A stretch of DNA of 64,000 nt from an uncultured SAR86 cluster bacterium (GTDB taxonomy: Bacteria > Pseudomonadota > Gammaproteobacteria > Magnimaribacterales > AG-339-G14): positions 30,574 through 94,573 of the forward strand of contig CABZES010000003.1 in NCBI GenBank assembly GCA_902524805.1, read 5' to 3'. Of the stretch, positions 49,505-59,652 are shown in pieces (within the stretch, counting starts at the first letter, position 1; each line of letters starts with the position of its first letter). The position numbers and the translations under genes were made by a program. The notes beneath the pieces were generated by a model that saw nothing but the letters and a program-made list of their open reading frames with translations, ran no database searches and had not been told where the DNA came from.

Positions 49505-50910
49505 ACATATTTTTTCAATCAGAACTTTTTGTTAATCTGTCATACATATTAGCTTCAATTCTATTCATTTTTGGTCTGAAGATGCTGAGTTCTCCAGAGA
49601 CTGCCCAAAGAGGTAATCTGATTTCTGCTTTAGGTATGTTGTTAGCAATCATAGTTACCTTAATGAGTAATAGTATTATTTCATACCAGTGGCTTTCCAT
49701 AGCTTTAATTGCAGGTGCATTAGTAGGAGCTTCAGCCGCATCATTTGTAAAAATGACAACCATGCCAGAATTAGTAGCTTTATTTAATGGTTTCGGTGGA
49801 ATTGCCAGCTTGTTAGTTGGGTCTGCAGAATTTTTAAATATTACTTCATCTTTGAGCAGCATTGCTTTGACTGCTGTATTTTTAACCGTTTTGATTGGCG
49901 GAGTAACTTTTTCTGGAAGTTTATTAGCTTTCGGAAAGCTTTCAGAAATTATTGATGGCAAGCCTTTTCAATATATTGGTCAAAGGGTTGTTTTAGGCAC
50001 GTTTGTCATTTTTGCTTTCATTATGGGAATTGAAATAGTTGCCGACAGCGGTTTACTAGGAATCTCAAGATTCTATCTTTTAATTTCTTTGATCTTCTTT
50101 GCCCTAGTATTGGGCATTCTACTTACTGCTCCAATTGGCGGAGCCGATATGCCAGTCATTATTGCTTTATTAAATAGTTATTCGGGGGTTGCAGCCGCAG
50201 CAGCAGGTTTTGTAATAAACAATAATGTACTTATCGTTGCTGGGTCTTTAGTTGGAGCAAGCGGCCTAATTTTGACAAATATTATGTGTAAAGCCATGAA
50301 TAGATCATTGATGAATGTTCTTTTTGGAGGTTTTGGAGCGGTCTCATCCTCAGGAGCTAATACTTCCGGAGAAATTCAAGGAGAAGTCAAACCTATTAAT
50401 ACTTCTGATGCATATCTGATTCTGGAAGCAGCAAATTCTGTTTTATTTGTTCCTGGATATGGAATGGCAGTATCACAAGCTCAACATAGTGTTAGAGAAT
50501 TAGGCGAATTGCTCGAAGAAAACGGCTGTGAAGTAAATTATGGCATACATCCTGTGGCTGGAAGAATGCCTGGACACATGAATGTGCTTTTAGCAGAAGC
50601 AAATGTTTCTTATGACTTATTGGTTGAGCCTGACGACGTTAATCCGATTATGGATACTGTAGATGTTTGTGTCGTTATTGGCGCTAATGATGTTGTTAAT
50701 CCAGATGCCAGAGAGAATGAAGGAAGCCCTATCTATGGCATGCCTGTTATAGAAGTAGACCGAGCAAAAACAGTTTTTATTCTTAAAAGATCGATGGCTT
50801 CAGGGTTTGCTGGTATAGACAATCCACTTTTTCTAAAAGAAAATTCAAGAATGCTTTTCGGAGATGCAAAAGAATCCATTTCTACTTTAGTGTCCGAATT
50901 TAAGTCATAA
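49501..50910 (+). CDS. pntB: NAD(P) transhydrogenase subunit beta (dII+dIII)
   Basis: 469 aa. Polytopic N-terminal part plus a C-terminal NADP(H) domain (VPGYGMAVSQAQH, HPVAGRMPGHMNVLLAEA). Confidence 0.94.
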   Translation: MNIFFQSELFVNLSYILASILFIFGLKMLSSPETAQRGNLISALGMLLAIIVTLMSNSIISYQWLSIALIAGALVGASAASFVKMTTMPELVALFNGFGGIASLLVGSAEFLNITSSLSSIALTAVFLTVLIGGVTFSGSLLAFGKLSEIIDGKPFQYIGQRVVLGTFVIFAFIMGIEIVADSGLLGISRFYLLISLIFFALVLGILLTAPIGGADMPVIIALLNSYSGVAAAAAGFVINNNVLIVAGSLVGASGLILTNIMCKAMNRSLMNVLFGGFGAVSSSGANTSGEIQGEVKPINTSDAYLILEAANSVLFVPGYGMAVSQAQHSVRELGELLEENGCEVNYGIHPVAGRMPGHMNVLLAEANVSYDLLVEPDDVNPIMDTVDVCVVIGANDVVNPDARENEGSPIYGMPVIEVDRAKTVFILKRSMASGFAGIDNPLFLKENSRMLFGDAKESISTLVSEFKS

Positions 50911-50946
50911 ATCAAGCAATTTTAAAACCTTAAATATGCCACTAGA

Positions 50947-50955
50947 TGGTATAAT
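50947..50955 (+). promoter_or_regulatory. candidate extended -10 promoter element upstream of gyrA
   Basis: TGGTATAAT (TGnTATAAT consensus), 69 nt upstream of the gyrA ATG, in a 113-nt spacer. Confidence 0.4.
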
Positions 50956-51023
50956 TTAACCTTTGAAATTACTTATTTTTTTTAAAAAAAAATTAACCTT
51001 TTTTAATTCAAATTCCAAATTTT

Positions 51024-53549
51024 ATGGACGATATAGCTAAAGAAATAATTCCTATAAATATAGAAGAAGAGCTTAAAAATTCCTATATGGAATATGCTAT
51101 GAGCGTTATTGTTGGTAGAGCATTGCCAGACGCAAGAGATGGTTTAAAGCCTGTTCATAGAAGAACTTTATTTGCCATGGATGTATTAAACAATAACTGG
51201 AATTTAGCGCATAAAAAATCTGCAAGGATAGTTGGAGATGTTATTGGTAAATATCACCCTCATGGGGACGGCGCAGTGTACGAAACAATTGTAAGAATGG
51301 CTCAAGATTTTGCTTTGAGATATCCACTTGTTGATGGACAGGGTAATTTTGGATCTATGGACGGCGACGGAGCTGCTGCAATGAGGTATACCGAAGTTAG
51401 AATGGCTAAAATTACTCAAGAACTTTTAGCAGATTTAAATAAAAACACGGTTGATTTTGTAGAAAATTACGATGGAACAGAGCTTATTCCAGATGTACTG
51501 CCAACAAAAATACCAAATCTTTTAGTAAACGGTTCGGCAGGAATTGCAGTAGGAATGGCTACTAATATGTTGCCTCATAATTTGACTGAATCAATAGATG
51601 CAAGCCTTGCCTTACTTGAAAATCCAAATTTAGAAATTGATGACTTGATTAAAATAATTCCTGGCCCTGATTTTCCAACTGGAGGAATTATAAATGGCTC
51701 TTCAGGTTTAATTGATGCTGCTAAAACTGGGAAAGGACGAATAGTCCTTAGAGCAAAAGCCGAAGTGGAAACTGATTCTAAAGATAAATCTAAAATAGTA
51801 ATTTCTGAAATTCCCTATCAGCAAAATAAAGCCAGATTAGTCGAAAAAATCGCTCAGCTAGCGAGAGATAAAAAAGTCGAAGGTATGTCTGAAATCAGAG
51901 ACGAATCAGATAAAGAAGGAGTAAGAATCGTAATAGATATTAGATCTGGACAGAATCCAGAAGTGATTTTGAATAATTTGTATTCTCTTACTCCTCTTGA
52001 GAGTGCTTTTGGAGTAAATAATGTTGCATTAGTTAACAAAACTCCAAAACTTCTGAATCTAAAAGACCTGTTAGAAATTTTTATTGCTCATAGAAGAACT
52101 GTTGTCTCAAGACGAACTGAATTTGAACTGAACAAAGCTAAGGATAGAGGACATATTCTTGAGGGGTTAGCTGTTTCCTTGGCAAACATAGATCAAGTAA
52201 TAGATTTAATTAAAAAATCAAAAGATCCTCAAATTGCTAAAGAAAAACTTTTGTCAAAAAAGTGGAAGGCTGGAGTGGTTTCGAAATTAATCAAAAATGC
52301 TGGAGCTATTACTACTAAACCAGATTTTTTAAGTGATGATTTTGGTTTATCAGCCTCAACTTACAAATTGTCTTCTCTTCAAGCTCAAGCTATTTTAGAT
52401 TTAAGGTTACAAAAGTTAACTGGTTTAGAGCAAGATAATTTAGTAAAAGAGTACGAAGAAATTTTACTGGAAATAAAACATCTTCAGCAGATCTTAGAAG
52501 ATCCATCTGAATTGAAACGTGTCATAAAAGACGAATTAACAGAAATTAAAGAATTATATGGTGATGATAGGAAAACTCCGATCGAAGAAAGACTTGACCT
52601 ATCAACAGAAGATTTAATTAAGCCCGAAGATATGGTTGTTACTATTTCTCACGCAGGGTATGCAAAGACGCAACCTCTAGAAGTATATCAATCGCAAAAA
52701 AGAGGAGGCGTTGGAAAGGCAGCAGCATCAGTTAAAGAAGACGATTTTGTCGAACAATTAATTGTTGCAAATACTCATAGGACACTTTTATGTTTTTCAA
52801 ATTTAGGGAAAGTTTATTGGTTGAAAGTTTATGAAATTCCACAAGCTTCCCGAGCTGCAAAAGGAAGACCTTTAGTCAATTTAATTCAATTAGATGATTC
52901 AGAGAGAATTACCAGTTTGTTAAATGTTGAAACTTTTGATTCTGATGGATTTGTCTTTATGGCAACTAAAAATGGAGTAGTTAAAAAAACTCCTATCGGG
53001 GATTTTAAACTACCTAGAAAATCAGGAAAAAGAGCAATTAAATTAGATAATTCTGACGAATTAGTTGGAACTGCTATAACGAATGGAACTAATGATTTAA
53101 TGTTAATTAGCGATGCCGGAAAAGCGGTATATTTTAATGAGAAAGATGCTAGGCCAATGGGGCGAGACACCAGAGGAGTTAAAGGAATTACTTTAGAAGA
53201 AAAACAGTCGGTAATTGCTTTGATAATGCCTAATAATGATAATGAGATTTTAACAGTATCAGAGAATGGCTTCGGAAAGCGCTCCAAAGTGGAAGATTTT
53301 AGAAAAACAAAAAGGGGAGCTAAGGGAGTAATAGCCATGCAGCTGTCTGAGAGGAACGGTAAATTAATATCTGCGAATCAAGTTTCTGAAGAAAATCAAG
53401 TGATTCTTATTTCAAATAAAGGAACTTTAGTAAGAACAAAGGTGTCAGAAATTAGTGTGATAGGAAGAAATACTCAAGGCGTGAGAGTGATTAAATTAAA
53501 GGCCAACGAAAAATTAAACGGTATGGCTTTAGCAATAGAAAACGATTAG
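51024..53549 (+). CDS. gyrA: DNA gyrase subunit A
   Basis: 841 aa. [17 protein letters not shown], catalytic Tyr in AAMRYTE, C-terminal beta-pinwheel repeats. Confidence 0.97.
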   Translation: MDDIAKEIIPINIEEELKNSYMEYAMSVIVGRALPDARDGLKPVHRRTLFAMDVLNNNWNLAHKKSARIVGDVIGKYHPHGDGAVYETIVRMAQDFALRYPLVDGQGNFGSMDGDGAAAMRYTEVRMAKITQELLADLNKNTVDFVENYDGTELIPDVLPTKIPNLLVNGSAGIAVGMATNMLPHNLTESIDASLALLENPNLEIDDLIKIIPGPDFPTGGIINGSSGLIDAAKTGKGRIVLRAKAEVETDSKDKSKIVISEIPYQQNKARLVEKIAQLARDKKVEGMSEIRDESDKEGVRIVIDIRSGQNPEVILNNLYSLTPLESAFGVNNVALVNKTPKLLNLKDLLEIFIAHRRTVVSRRTEFELNKAKDRGHILEGLAVSLANIDQVIDLIKKSKDPQIAKEKLLSKKWKAGVVSKLIKNAGAITTKPDFLSDDFGLSASTYKLSSLQAQAILDLRLQKLTGLEQDNLVKEYEEILLEIKHLQQILEDPSELKRVIKDELTEIKELYGDDRKTPIEERLDLSTEDLIKPEDMVVTISHAGYAKTQPLEVYQSQKRGGVGKAAASVKEDDFVEQLIVANTHRTLLCFSNLGKVYWLKVYEIPQASRAAKGRPLVNLIQLDDSERITSLLNVETFDSDGFVFMATKNGVVKKTPIGDFKLPRKSGKRAIKLDNSDELVGTAITNGTNDLMLISDAGKAVYFNEKDARPMGRDTRGVKGITLEEKQSVIALIMPNNDNEILTVSENGFGKRSKVEDFRKTKRGAKGVIAMQLSERNGKLISANQVSEENQVILISNKGTLVRTKVSEISVIGRNTQGVRVIKLKANEKLNGMALAIEND

Positions 53550-53562
53550 GAAATTTATAAAA

Positions 53563-54645
53563 ATGTCTAGAAAATATAATTTTTGTGCTGGCCCATCAGC
53601 CTTACCAACGGATGTCCTAAACGATTTAAAAGAAGAGATTTTGGATTTTCAAGGTTACGGCCTTTCAACTATGGAAATGAGTCATAGAAGCAAAGAGTTT
53701 GTTGAAATTGCTGAAACGGCAAAACAAGACCTGATTGACTTGTTGCAAGTAAATAATGACTACGAAGTTTTATTTATTCAAGGTGGAGCATCTTTACAAT
53801 TTTCAATGGTTCCAATGAATTTATTGAAAAGTTCTAACTCTTCTTGTGATTATTTAGATGTAGGACAATGGTCTATTAAAGCGATTAAAGAAGCAAAAAA
53901 ATATGGGAATGTAAATGTCGCAGCTTCTTCAGCAGATATTTCATATAAAAAATATCCTAATCCAGAAAGTTGGAACTTAAATAGCGAATCAGATTATTTA
54001 CATTTAGTAATGAACGAAACGATTGATGGGGTTTGTCTTCGAGATTTTAATAACTTACCCAGCTCAAATATAGTTGCAGATTGTTCTTCATGTATTCTTT
54101 CAGAGCCAATGGACATTTCAAAATTTGGATTAATATATGCTGGTGCTCAAAAAAATATAGGACCCGCGGGGCTTGCAATTATTATTATTAAAAAAGACTT
54201 ACTAGAAGAACATCCTCACTTACCAGCGATGATGAATTATAAAACTTATGCAGATTCAGATTCTATGTACAACACACCTCCTACCTTTGCTTGGTACCTA
54301 TCAGGAAAAGTTTTTAAATGGTTAAAGAAAAATGGGGGACTAACGAACCAAAAAAAGGTCAATGAGTCAAAATCTACAAAGCTTTACTCTTTTATCGATG
54401 GAAACGACTTCTATTTTAACGATGTAGATAAAAATTCCAGGTCAATCATGAATGTTCCTTTTTTGTTGAAAGATGATTCATTAAACTCAATGTTTTTATC
54501 TGAATCAGAAGATGCTGGATTATTAAATCTTGCTGGTCATAGATCTGTAGGAGGTATGAGAGCAAGTATTTACAATGGGGTAAGTGAAGAAGCGGTTAGT
54601 GCATTAATTGACTTCATGAAACTCTTTGCTGAAAAAAATGGTTAA
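53563..54645 (+). CDS. serC: 3-phosphoserine/phosphohydroxythreonine aminotransferase
   Basis: 360 aa with FCAGPSALP and GAQKNIGPAGL motifs. Confidence 0.94.
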   Translation: MSRKYNFCAGPSALPTDVLNDLKEEILDFQGYGLSTMEMSHRSKEFVEIAETAKQDLIDLLQVNNDYEVLFIQGGASLQFSMVPMNLLKSSNSSCDYLDVGQWSIKAIKEAKKYGNVNVAASSADISYKKYPNPESWNLNSESDYLHLVMNETIDGVCLRDFNNLPSSNIVADCSSCILSEPMDISKFGLIYAGAQKNIGPAGLAIIIIKKDLLEEHPHLPAMMNYKTYADSDSMYNTPPTFAWYLSGKVFKWLKKNGGLTNQKKVNESKSTKLYSFIDGNDFYFNDVDKNSRSIMNVPFLLKDDSLNSMFLSESEDAGLLNLAGHRSVGGMRASIYNGVSEEAVSALIDFMKLFAEKNG

Positions 54646-55726
54646 TAAGAAAACAAAAAAAGCAAACCTAAACCTTATTAGAAAACAAATTGACGAGGTA
54701 GATAATTCTATCCTTAAGCTTCTTTCTAAAAGAGCAAATTTAGTAGTAGAAGCAGGTAAGAGCAAAGAAAATATTGGCGATACTTCATATTACAAACCTG
54801 AGAGAGAAGCTAAAATAATCAATACACTCATTTCAAAGAATAAAAGTAAATTAAATCAAAATCACATTAAAAATATTTACAGAGAAATTATTTCAGCTTG
54901 TTTTTCATTAGAAAAAAAAATTCAAGTTTTCTTTCTGGGGCCTCAAGGGACATATTCAGAATTAGCTGCAATAGATCATTTTGGTCGATCGGCAAAAAGA
55001 GTTTCTTGCTCTGATATTGCCCAAATTTTTACCAAAATTAACGAAGAAAATTCCTTTGGAATTGTCCCTGTAGAAAACTCTTCAGAAGGCTCAGTGAACC
55101 AAACCTTGGATTGTCTTCAAAGTCAAAATTTGTTCATTTGTGGAGAATTAGAATTATCTATAAAGCACGCATTACTGAGTAAATCAGACAATCTTAATAT
55201 CATTTCAACGATATATGGACACGAACAAGCGCTTTCTCAATGCAAGCTATGGCTAGGTAAAAACTTGCCAAACGTCAGATTAATATCTGTAGAAAGTAGT
55301 GGCGTTGCCATTGAAAATGCAAAAAAATCTAAAACCGTCGCTGCAATTGCACATGCTTCAAATTCCAAAGAATTTAAGTTAAAAATTTTAAAGAGAAATA
55401 TTGAAGATCAAAAGAATAACACCACGAGATTTTTTGTTGTTGGAAAAATAAAAGCTAAAAAAAGCGGAAAAGACAAAACTTCTATTTTAATTTCTTTGGA
55501 TAATAAACCGGGAGCACTGTCCAAAGTTTTGAAAGTTTTCGAATCGAGCAAAATTAATTTATCTCATATTCAGTCTAGACCAAATAAATCAGATAAATGG
55601 CAGTATTCATTTTTCCTAGATTTTGAAGGTCATTTTGAAGATGTCAAAGTAAAAAATCTAATGAAAAAATTATCTTCAGTCACTCAAAGTCTTAAATTCT
55701 TGGGGTCTTACCCTAAATCTTTTTAA
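54638..55726 (+). CDS. pheA: bifunctional chorismate mutase / prephenate dehydratase (P-protein)
   Basis: CM domain (LIRKQIDEVDNSILKLLSKRA), PDT domain (ENSSEGSV, NTTRF), C-terminal ACT domain. I prefer the ATG at 54638 (8-nt overlap with serC); the track TTG is at 54626. Confidence 0.92.
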   Translation: MVNKKTKKANLNLIRKQIDEVDNSILKLLSKRANLVVEAGKSKENIGDTSYYKPEREAKIINTLISKNKSKLNQNHIKNIYREIISACFSLEKKIQVFFLGPQGTYSELAAIDHFGRSAKRVSCSDIAQIFTKINEENSFGIVPVENSSEGSVNQTLDCLQSQNLFICGELELSIKHALLSKSDNLNIISTIYGHEQALSQCKLWLGKNLPNVRLISVESSGVAIENAKKSKTVAAIAHASNSKEFKLKILKRNIEDQKNNTTRFFVVGKIKAKKSGKDKTSILISLDNKPGALSKVLKVFESSKINLSHIQSRPNKSDKWQYSFFLDFEGHFEDVKVKNLMKKLSSVTQSLKFLGSYPKSF

Positions 55727-56829
55727 TGTCTGATTCTCTTTTAGATAGAGCAAATAAAGGCATATTAGGCCTTAAGCCATATGAGCCTGGAAAGCCCATA
55801 GAAGAAACTCAAAAAGAACTTGGGCTTCAAAAAATAATAAAGTTAGCCAGCAATGAAAATCCCTTGGGCATAAGTCCTAAGGCACTAAATATAATTTCTT
55901 CTTATGACGATTTAAATAGATATCCTGATGGAAATGCAACAAATTTTAAAGAAAAAGTCTCTCAAGAAGAAGGAGTAAAAACTTCTATGATTACGGTAGG
56001 AAATGGATCAAATGATTTGATAGAGTTCGTTTCCAAATGTTTTCTTTCTGAAGGTGATAATGCAATTTATTCTCAACATGGTTTTGCTATTTATCCTTTG
56101 GCTATTAAGTCAACTGGAGCAAAAGCAATTAAGGCAAAAGCCAAAGATTGGGGCCATGATTTATCCTTGATGAAAGATTTAATTAATGAAAATACTAAAG
56201 TAATTTTCTTAGCATCTCCTAATAATCCTACAGGAACCATTCTAGAGTCAGATAAAATTATTGAATTTTTAGATGATATACCATCTAATATTGCTGTATT
56301 TGTAGACCAAGCCTACTTTGAATATATACAGGAAGATAAATATAAAGTTCCTTTTAAGCTAGTCGAAAAATATAAAAATTTAATAATTTCGAGAAGCTTT
56401 TCAAAAGCTCATGGATTAGCTGCTTTAAGACTTGGCTATGCAATAAGCTCAGAAGAGATTGCTGAGTTTTTAAACCGAGTTCGACAGCCTTTTAATACTA
56501 ATTCTTTAGCTCTTGCTGCTGGAATCGAGGCTATAAGAGATAAAGATCACATTGCACAATCTGTAGAAATAAATAAATCTGGAATGCAAAAAGCTATTGA
56601 TGCATTTGACTCTTTGGGTTTTGAATATATTGCATCTTTTGGAAATTTTATAAGTTTTGATTCGAAAAAAGATTCTGATTCAAGTTTTGATTTCTTTTTA
56701 AAAAAAGGCATTATTCTGCGATCCTTAAAAGTCTATGAAATGCCAAATCATCTCAGAGTATCAATTGGTTTGGATGAAGAGATGAACGCATTTATTAAAG
56801 TTTTAGAAGAATATAAAAAGGCGCTTTAG
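55726..56829 (+). CDS. hisC: histidinol-phosphate (aromatic) aminotransferase
   Basis: LASNENPLG and PLP-Lys region SRSFSKAHGLAALRLGY; TAATG overlap with pheA. Confidence 0.92.
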   Translation: MSDSLLDRANKGILGLKPYEPGKPIEETQKELGLQKIIKLASNENPLGISPKALNIISSYDDLNRYPDGNATNFKEKVSQEEGVKTSMITVGNGSNDLIEFVSKCFLSEGDNAIYSQHGFAIYPLAIKSTGAKAIKAKAKDWGHDLSLMKDLINENTKVIFLASPNNPTGTILESDKIIEFLDDIPSNIAVFVDQAYFEYIQEDKYKVPFKLVEKYKNLIISRSFSKAHGLAALRLGYAISSEEIAEFLNRVRQPFNTNSLALAAGIEAIRDKDHIAQSVEINKSGMQKAIDAFDSLGFEYIASFGNFISFDSKKDSDSSFDFFLKKGIILRSLKVYEMPNHLRVSIGLDEEMNAFIKVLEEYKKAL

Positions 56830-57675
56830 ATGCTGGATAAAAGTATTCAAGTAGGAATAGTAGGATTAGGAATGATAGGCGGTTCTATCGCTAAATCATT
56901 AACAAAAAAAGGTTATAAAGTTTTTGCAGACGATCTAGACAAAAACTCTCTATCAAGCGCTTTAAGTGAAGGATCAATAGATGGATTTTTAGAGGATTTA
57001 AATTGCAATAATAACTTTATTCTAATTTTTACAGTTCCGATCTTATCTGCAAGCAAAGAACTTTTAAAAAATAAAGAACTTATTTCAAAAGCCTTATTAG
57101 TTTCTGATGCTTTAAGTGTGAAAGGCTCTCTTAGAAAAGAAATAGATAAAAATAAAATAAATACTAAAAATTTTGTTCTCTCCCATCCAATAGCCGGTTC
57201 TGAAAAAAGTGGTTACATACATTCAAAAGAAGATTTATTTAAAAATAAAATTGTCGTTGTTACAAAGTTACAGGATTCATCTAAAACTTCCATAGATATA
57301 TGTTACGGTTTGTGGGATCTTTTAGGAGCAAAGACAATTAATTTGAATTCTGAAGACCACGATAAGTACTTTTCTAAAACTAGTCATCTGCCCCATCTAA
57401 TAGCATTCGCTCTTATATCTATGATCTCTAAATCTGATCAAGTTCAAAAAGATATTTTTACCGGAGGCGGTTTAAAAGATTTTACGAGAATTGCATCTAG
57501 CGATCCCAAAATGTGGGAAGATATTTTTTTATCTAATCAAATCAATATCCTTAAAGCTTTGAAAAGATTTAAATCTGAGCTTGGGGAATTAGAAAAACTA
57601 ATAGAAGATAAAGATTCAGATAAAATTAATAAATTTATCAAAGACGCAAAGAAATTCAGAGATTCTTTGATTTAA
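56830..57675 (+). CDS. tyrA: prephenate/arogenate dehydrogenase
   Basis: Rossmann VGIVGLGMIGGS and the SHPIAGSEKSG motif. It is a separate ORF, not fused to aroA. Confidence 0.88.
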   Translation: MLDKSIQVGIVGLGMIGGSIAKSLTKKGYKVFADDLDKNSLSSALSEGSIDGFLEDLNCNNNFILIFTVPILSASKELLKNKELISKALLVSDALSVKGSLRKEIDKNKINTKNFVLSHPIAGSEKSGYIHSKEDLFKNKIVVVTKLQDSSKTSIDICYGLWDLLGAKTINLNSEDHDKYFSKTSHLPHLIAFALISMISKSDQVQKDIFTGGGLKDFTRIASSDPKMWEDIFLSNQINILKALKRFKSELGELEKLIEDKDSDKINKFIKDAKKFRDSLI

Positions 57676-57676
57676 G

Positions 57677-58987
57677 ATGGATATTAAAGCACTCAAGAGT
57701 TCTAATCTAAAAGGTAAAGTAAGCATTCCTGGAGATAAATCAATTTCCCACAGATCAATAATTCTCTCTTCTATAGCGGAGGGCATTTCTGAAATATCAG
57801 GATTTTTAACTGGTCAAGATTGTTTGGCTACTCTAAATGCTTTTAAAAAAATGGGAATAAAAATTGATCAACATGATAGACATATCAGAGTTCATGGACT
57901 TGGCTTGAACGGTTTAACAAAACCTAGTGAGGATTTAAATTTAGGCAACTCAGGTACTTCTATGCGTCTTTTAGCTGGTCTACTATCAGGTCAAAATTTT
58001 TCTTCAAACTTAAAAGGAGATAGCTCATTGAGTTCTAGGCCAATGAATAGAATTATTAAGCCTTTAAATAAGATGGGGGCATTAATCTCTCTAGAAGGAG
58101 ATACGGCACCAATTTTTATAAAACCTTCTAGAAAATTAAATGGAATATCTTATGAGTTACCAGTCGCAAGTGCCCAAGTGAAATCTTGCATTATGCTGGC
58201 CAGTTTATATGCGCAAACTGAAACAACAATTATAGAAAATCATCAGACCAGAAATCATACAGAAAAAATGTTTAAAAAGTTTGGTATAGAAATTAAGGAA
58301 AAGTATGAGAATAAGCAAAAAATTATCAAAGTTTCTCCCCCTAAAAAATTGAATCCAACAAATATAAAAATTCCTGGGGATTTTTCTTCAGCATCATTTT
58401 TAATTGTTGCCGGACTAATTATTCCTAATTCTGAAATAATAATTAAAAACGTTGGAATAAATTCTTCAAGAACAGCTCTTTTAAAAGTTTTAATTGAAAT
58501 GGGAGCAGATATTCAAATAAATAATGTCAAAGATGATTTCGAAAAAACAGCTGATATTTTAGTTAGAACCTCTGAACTTAAAGCTCTAGTTTTAGATGAA
58601 GATCTTGTGCCAAATCTTATTGATGAATTACCAATTCTTTTCATTGCTGCATCTTTTGCAAATGGTAAGACCATAATAAGAGGTGCTGAAGAGCTCAGAG
58701 CGAAGGAGTCAGACAGGTTAGAGGCAATGAGTGATTCTTTAGGAAATCTAGGCATCGAATTCAAAAATTATCGAGATGGGATAGATATTTTTGGGAAAGG
58801 AAGGTTTAAAAGTTCAGTGACAATTGATTCATTCGGTGATCATAGAATTGCCATGGCTTCTTCAATAGCTTGTTGTATGCTTGATGGTGCAAATACGATT
58901 AAAAACGTAGAAAATATTCAAACTTCTTTTCCAGGATTTATAGAAACTTGCAATTTTCTTGGTCTAAAAGCTGAATTATTAAAATGA
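57677..58987 (+). CDS. aroA: 3-phosphoshikimate 1-carboxyvinyltransferase (EPSP synthase)
   Basis: PGDKSISHRS, LGNSGTSMRLL and RAKESDRL motifs. Confidence 0.95.
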   Translation: MDIKALKSSNLKGKVSIPGDKSISHRSIILSSIAEGISEISGFLTGQDCLATLNAFKKMGIKIDQHDRHIRVHGLGLNGLTKPSEDLNLGNSGTSMRLLAGLLSGQNFSSNLKGDSSLSSRPMNRIIKPLNKMGALISLEGDTAPIFIKPSRKLNGISYELPVASAQVKSCIMLASLYAQTETTIIENHQTRNHTEKMFKKFGIEIKEKYENKQKIIKVSPPKKLNPTNIKIPGDFSSASFLIVAGLIIPNSEIIIKNVGINSSRTALLKVLIEMGADIQINNVKDDFEKTADILVRTSELKALVLDEDLVPNLIDELPILFIAASFANGKTIIRGAEELRAKESDRLEAMSDSLGNLGIEFKNYRDGIDIFGKGRFKSSVTIDSFGDHRIAMASSIACCMLDGANTIKNVENIQTSFPGFIETCNFLGLKAELLK

Positions 58988-59652
58988 AAAATTCAAAAAT
59001 TATTACCATCGACGGGCCAAGTGGTGTAGGCAAGGGCACCTTGGCAAAGAACCTCGCTGACGAGTTAGATTGGATTGTCCTTGATAGTGGTTCGCTCTAT
59101 AGAATGGTTGGATATCTATCTTTGTACTTAGATACTAGGGATTTTTCTGAGATAAGAGAAAAAATTAATAAAGAAGAGATTTTTTTTAAATTTATCGATA
59201 AAAATTCAAATATTTCTCTCTTTCTTGGAAAGGATGACCTTTCAGAGTTTATTAGAAATGAGGAAGTAGCTAAGCTTGCCTCTGAATTTGCTGTTCTACC
59301 TGAGGTAAGAGATTATCTTTTCAATATTCAAAGGGGATTTATGGCTAAAGGCAAAGGGCTTATCGCTGATGGAAGAGATATGGGTACGATTGTATTTCCA
59401 GAAGCAAAACATAAGTTTTTCATAACTGCATCTGCAGAGGAAAGAGCAAGAAGAAGAGAGAATCAGTTGAAAGAATTGGGATTGAGCGTTAATATGCGCA
59501 TCCTTCAGAAGAGAATTGAAGAAAGAGATAACAAAGACTCATCTCGAGAGATATCCCCTTTAATTCCATCTGAGGATGCAGTAGTTATAGATTCCTCTAA
59601 TATTGGAATTTATGAACTAAAAGATAAGGTTTTAAAATTAATTAGGAGTTAA
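58984..59652 (+). CDS. cmk: (d)CMP kinase
   Basis: P-loop IDGPSGVGKGT and LDSGSLYR. Confidence 0.94.
   Translation: MKNSKIITIDGPSGVGKGTLAKNLADELDWIVLDSGSLYRMVGYLSLYLDTRDFSEIREKINKEEIFFKFIDKNSNISLFLGKDDLSEFIRNEEVAKLASEFAVLPEVRDYLFNIQRGFMAKGKGLIADGRDMGTIVFPEAKHKFFITASAEERARRRENQLKELGLSVNMRILQKRIEERDNKDSSREISPLIPSEDAVVIDSSNIGIYELKDKVLKLIRS

Noticed and set aside
52886-53338. 150-aa antisense ORF inside gyrA. Similar antisense ORFs occur at 49515-49961 in pntB, 60488-60910 and 60972-61322 in rpsA, and 19357-19692 in the ribB-type gene.
   Set aside because: For the gyrA case I checked the phase: the antisense codon third position coincides with the sense third position, which is the classic shadow frame that stays open opposite real genes. 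The products are low-complexity with no recognisable motifs, and the sense genes are unambiguous. I assume the others are the same kind of shadow ORF.
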